Assembly: GCA_963722825.1 (NCBI GenBank)
Contig: CAVROI010000001.1
Location: forward strand, 1,302,427-1,366,426
DNA length: 64,000 nt
Reading direction: 5' to 3'
Source of the DNA: an uncultured Gemmatimonadales bacterium
Lineage (GTDB): Bacteria; Gemmatimonadota; Gemmatimonadetes; Gemmatimonadales; GWC2-71-9
Position 1 is the stretch's first letter; every line of letters begins with the position of its first letter. Shown here in pieces: positions 61,611 to 64,000 of the stretch. The position numbers were made by a program, and so were the translations under genes. The notes under the pieces are model-generated. The model was not told where the DNA came from. It saw only the letters and a list, made by a program, of their open reading frames with translations, and made no database searches.

Positions 61611-62228
61611 CTACGCGGGTGGCGGTTCGGATTGGTCGGGTGCCATCCCCGCCGGGTGCACGCCTTGCGCCCGCAGCTCCGTCTCGCGGTCCAGTCGGGC
61701 CCGCATGGCCGTGAGAGCCGGGTGGCTTTCCGTATGCTGGCGACCGTAGGTCAGATTGAAGCGGTAGTCGAACCCGGCGGGATTCCGCCCTTGGGTGTGC
61801 TGCAGGATGGTCTCCAGTTTATCGAGTCCCTTGGCCACCCGCGCCTCGGGAGAGTGGGCCGCCTCGTACTCCTCCCAGAGCGCGACGAACTCCTCTTGCA
61901 GGCGCGGAGGCAACGGAGCGAGCACTTCCCGGAGATCGGCGCGCTCGCGCGCCGCCTTCGCGACATCCGCCGTTTGCGCCGGAGCGGGGATGTCACCCTG
62001 CAGCGCTTCGCCCAGGTCGTGAATCAGACAGATCTTGACGAGCCGCAGGAGATCGATCCCCGGAAGCTCGTCGGCGAGCACGATCACCATCAGGCAAAGC
62101 CGCCAGGTGTGGGCCGCTACACTTTCCGGTTCACCGCCGGCGGTCCAGCCGCTGCGGCGCATGGTCTTCAGGCGCTCCGCGGTACGCAGGAACTCGAGAA
62201 TGCCATCCAGTTCCTCTTCAATCGCCAT
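61611..62228 (-). CDS. HD domain protein (YfbR/HDDC2-like)
   Basis: ESVAAHTW, IHDLGEA, DKLE. Confidence 0.9.
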   Translation of the reverse strand: MAIEEELDGILEFLRTAERLKTMRRSGWTAGGEPESVAAHTWRLCLMVIVLADELPGIDLLRLVKICLIHDLGEALQGDIPAPAQTADVAKAARERADLREVLAPLPPRLQEEFVALWEEYEAAHSPEARVAKGLDKLETILQHTQGRNPAGFDYRFNLTYGRQHTESHPALTAMRARLDRETELRAQGVHPAGMAPDQSEPPPA

Positions 62229-62385
62229 GGCTCGTCGTAATGGAAGAAGCAGACGTGATACCGGTCAGCCGCCGGCATGCCACCAAGAAAGACTGCCCGG
62301 GGGGAAGATGGAGCCGCGGATAGGTTGGCGGCAAGAACGTGGACGGGAGGCGCACCGCCGCAAGGTCATGCGGCTTTCTGAGCGC

Positions 62386-62619
62386 TCAGGCGTGATCGGC
62401 CACCGCGGTCACACCCTGCTGCCGCGCACAATGAGCGCAGCAATAGAAGGTGCCCTTCGCCTCGATACCGTGTCCCACGATCTTGCACCGACAATGCTCA
62501 CACACGGGCGCGAGCTTGTGGATGGCGCACTCGAAGCAGTCGAACGTATGCGTTTGTCCGGCGGCCGTGATCTCGAACGAGAGATAATAGTCGTTGCCGC
62601 ATACCTCACAGCGAGCCAT
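62386..62619 (-). CDS. Cys-rich metallothionein-like small protein
   Basis: CEVCGN, FDCFECA, CEHCRC, CCAHC; GAGGAGG RBS. Confidence 0.88.
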   Translation of the reverse strand: MARCEVCGNDYYLSFEITAAGQTHTFDCFECAIHKLAPVCEHCRCKIVGHGIEAKGTFYCCAHCARQQGVTAVADHA

Positions 62620-62710
62620 TGTGCCTCCTCGGATCCGGGGCAGCACGGGGCTGCCCACACTGGGAAGGTTCGCGCCACCACGAGTGACTTACCCGACGCC
62701 CGGTGATTGA

Positions 62711-63097
62711 TCAGCCGGTTGTCGGGGGCAGCAGTGCCTGCAGGCGCTCCGCCAGGCTGCCGAGTGACGCGGCACTCCCGCTGTCGCGACCGGCTTCCGC
62801 GGCGCGGCGAAGTGCCGACACGTCCGCCTGGGAAAACCCGAACGGCTGATCGGCAAGTGCAAGGGCGGCGAGCGCGGCGCGGGCGGGCGGGGGCACTAGG
62901 ACTCGGTCATGCGCGCGGTTCATCAGGATGACGGCCCCGTCATGGTCGAGGCCGAGCTTGGCGACGTACTCGGTGGCATCATCGTCTTGCCGGCCCGCGG
63001 TGCTCCTTGCCCACACATCCAGATCGCGCGCCGTCTGGCGATAGTCGCGCGCCTCCCATTGCTCCGGGGTCAGCGCCGACACGAATTCCTCCGGCAT
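62711..63097 (-). CDS. Hypothetical protein
   Basis: AGGAG RBS, 128 aa. Confidence 0.7.
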   Translation of the reverse strand: MPEEFVSALTPEQWEARDYRQTARDLDVWARSTAGRQDDDATEYVAKLGLDHDGAVILMNRAHDRVLVPPPARAALAALALADQPFGFSQADVSALRRAAEAGRDSGSAASLGSLAERLQALLPPTTG

Positions 63098-63129
63098 ACC
63101 GGTACTCTCCTGACGACTCGTCGCGCGGC

Positions 63130-63483
63130 TCAGCCGCCCCGTCGACTGGTCCGGCGTTTCGCACGCGTCGCCACGGCGATGGCCGCCTCTACCCACGGTT
63201 GCAGCGTCTCCGGGTCCTCGAGCACGTCCTCCGGCACCTCGTAGTACTGCATGACCTCGCCGCCTGGGCCGTACGGTCGGAACGGTCCCATTCCGCGCCT
63301 CTCGAACCCGTCGCGAGTGGTCTCATCGACCTTGAAGTACAGCGTATCCTCCGCCAGGAGGGCGAAGAAGAGGCTACCGGCGTAGATCCCTACCCCTCCG
63401 AACATGTTTCGGGCGCGAACACCGGACGTGGTCCGTGCGAGCTGATCGAGGATGAAGGCACGAAAGCTCGGGCTCACGCCCAT
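63130..63483 (-). CDS. TfoX N-terminal domain protein
   Basis: RNMFGGVGIY, LYFKVD, MQYYEVP. Confidence 0.9.
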   Translation of the reverse strand: MGVSPSFRAFILDQLARTTSGVRARNMFGGVGIYAGSLFFALLAEDTLYFKVDETTRDGFERRGMGPFRPYGPGGEVMQYYEVPEDVLEDPETLQPWVEAAIAVATRAKRRTSRRGG

Positions 63484-63496
63484 GGCATTCGTACCA

Positions 63497-63859
63497 TCAC
63501 CGGGGTGCCTTCCTTTTCCGCGATGTCGGCCGCCCATAGAGCGCTCGCAGCTCATCCTTGGCTGCCTCGAGCCGGCGGCGGCGTGTGCCGGACAGTACCT
63601 TCCCCGCCCGATTGATGTAGAAGGTGAGCATCGACATGGCCGACCGGTATGCGTCGGTCTTCCGCCGGCGGCTGCGATCGGCCGACCGCTTCAACGACCG
63701 GGCGATGCTTCGGGGATCCGGGCGGCTGAAAACGCCCGCATCCAGGTCCAAGGCGTTACTGTGCTCCGTGACGCGCTGGGACCAGCGCTTCTTCGTCGTG
63801 GTCGGCTTCCTTGCCCTTGTCCGCTTCGTCGTCGTTGTCCGTCTCTTCGCCGTAGTCAT
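63497..63859 (-). CDS. DUF3175 family protein
   Basis: WSQRVT.SNALDL, SAMSMLTFYINRAGK. Confidence 0.9.
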   Translation of the reverse strand: MTTAKRRTTTTKRTRARKPTTTKKRWSQRVTEHSNALDLDAGVFSRPDPRSIARSLKRSADRSRRRKTDAYRSAMSMLTFYINRAGKVLSGTRRRRLEAAKDELRALYGRPTSRKRKAPR

Positions 63860-63883
63860 GGTGTCACCTGTCCATCGGTATTG

Positions 63884-64000
63884 TCACGTTCCCCCGGGTC
63901 GAGGGCCTTTTTGTTCCTGAATGAATAGCGCGATCCGGCCAGCGGCCGCCGCACCGAGATTGGCAACGGCCTGTGGGTCCTCGTCGGCGTTGAAGTAGGA
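63884..64000 (-). CDS. 3' end of a CDS entering from the right edge
   Basis: Open frame SYFNADEDPQ...GGT* ending at 63884. Confidence 0.5.
   Translation of the reverse strand, partial: SYFNADEDPQAVANLGAAAAGRIALFIQEQKGPRPGGT

Overview
High-GC bacterial chromosome segment; gene content and several small proteins suggest a soil Gemmatimonadota-like organism (inference, not verified). 1-10 kb: a minus-strand alpha-glucan/trehalose operon (glgB-treZ-glgX-treY-ppk2), with treY split by a 1-base frameshift in a G7 run. 10-64 kb: a long, mostly minus-strand, densely packed array of about 85 short accessory genes (6 DinB-superfamily, 4 GNAT, serine hydrolases, amtB plus an atypical P-II, ECF42-type sigma/YciI, MarR, LuxR, MocR modules, sulfite-oxidase-like enzyme). 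The array contains several in-frame two-domain fusions, truncated genes and orphan 3' gene remnants, pointing to rapid deletion-driven turnover. I saw no integrase, transposase, attC array, CRISPR array, rRNA or tRNA. Family assignments are from motif recognition by eye, not database searches.
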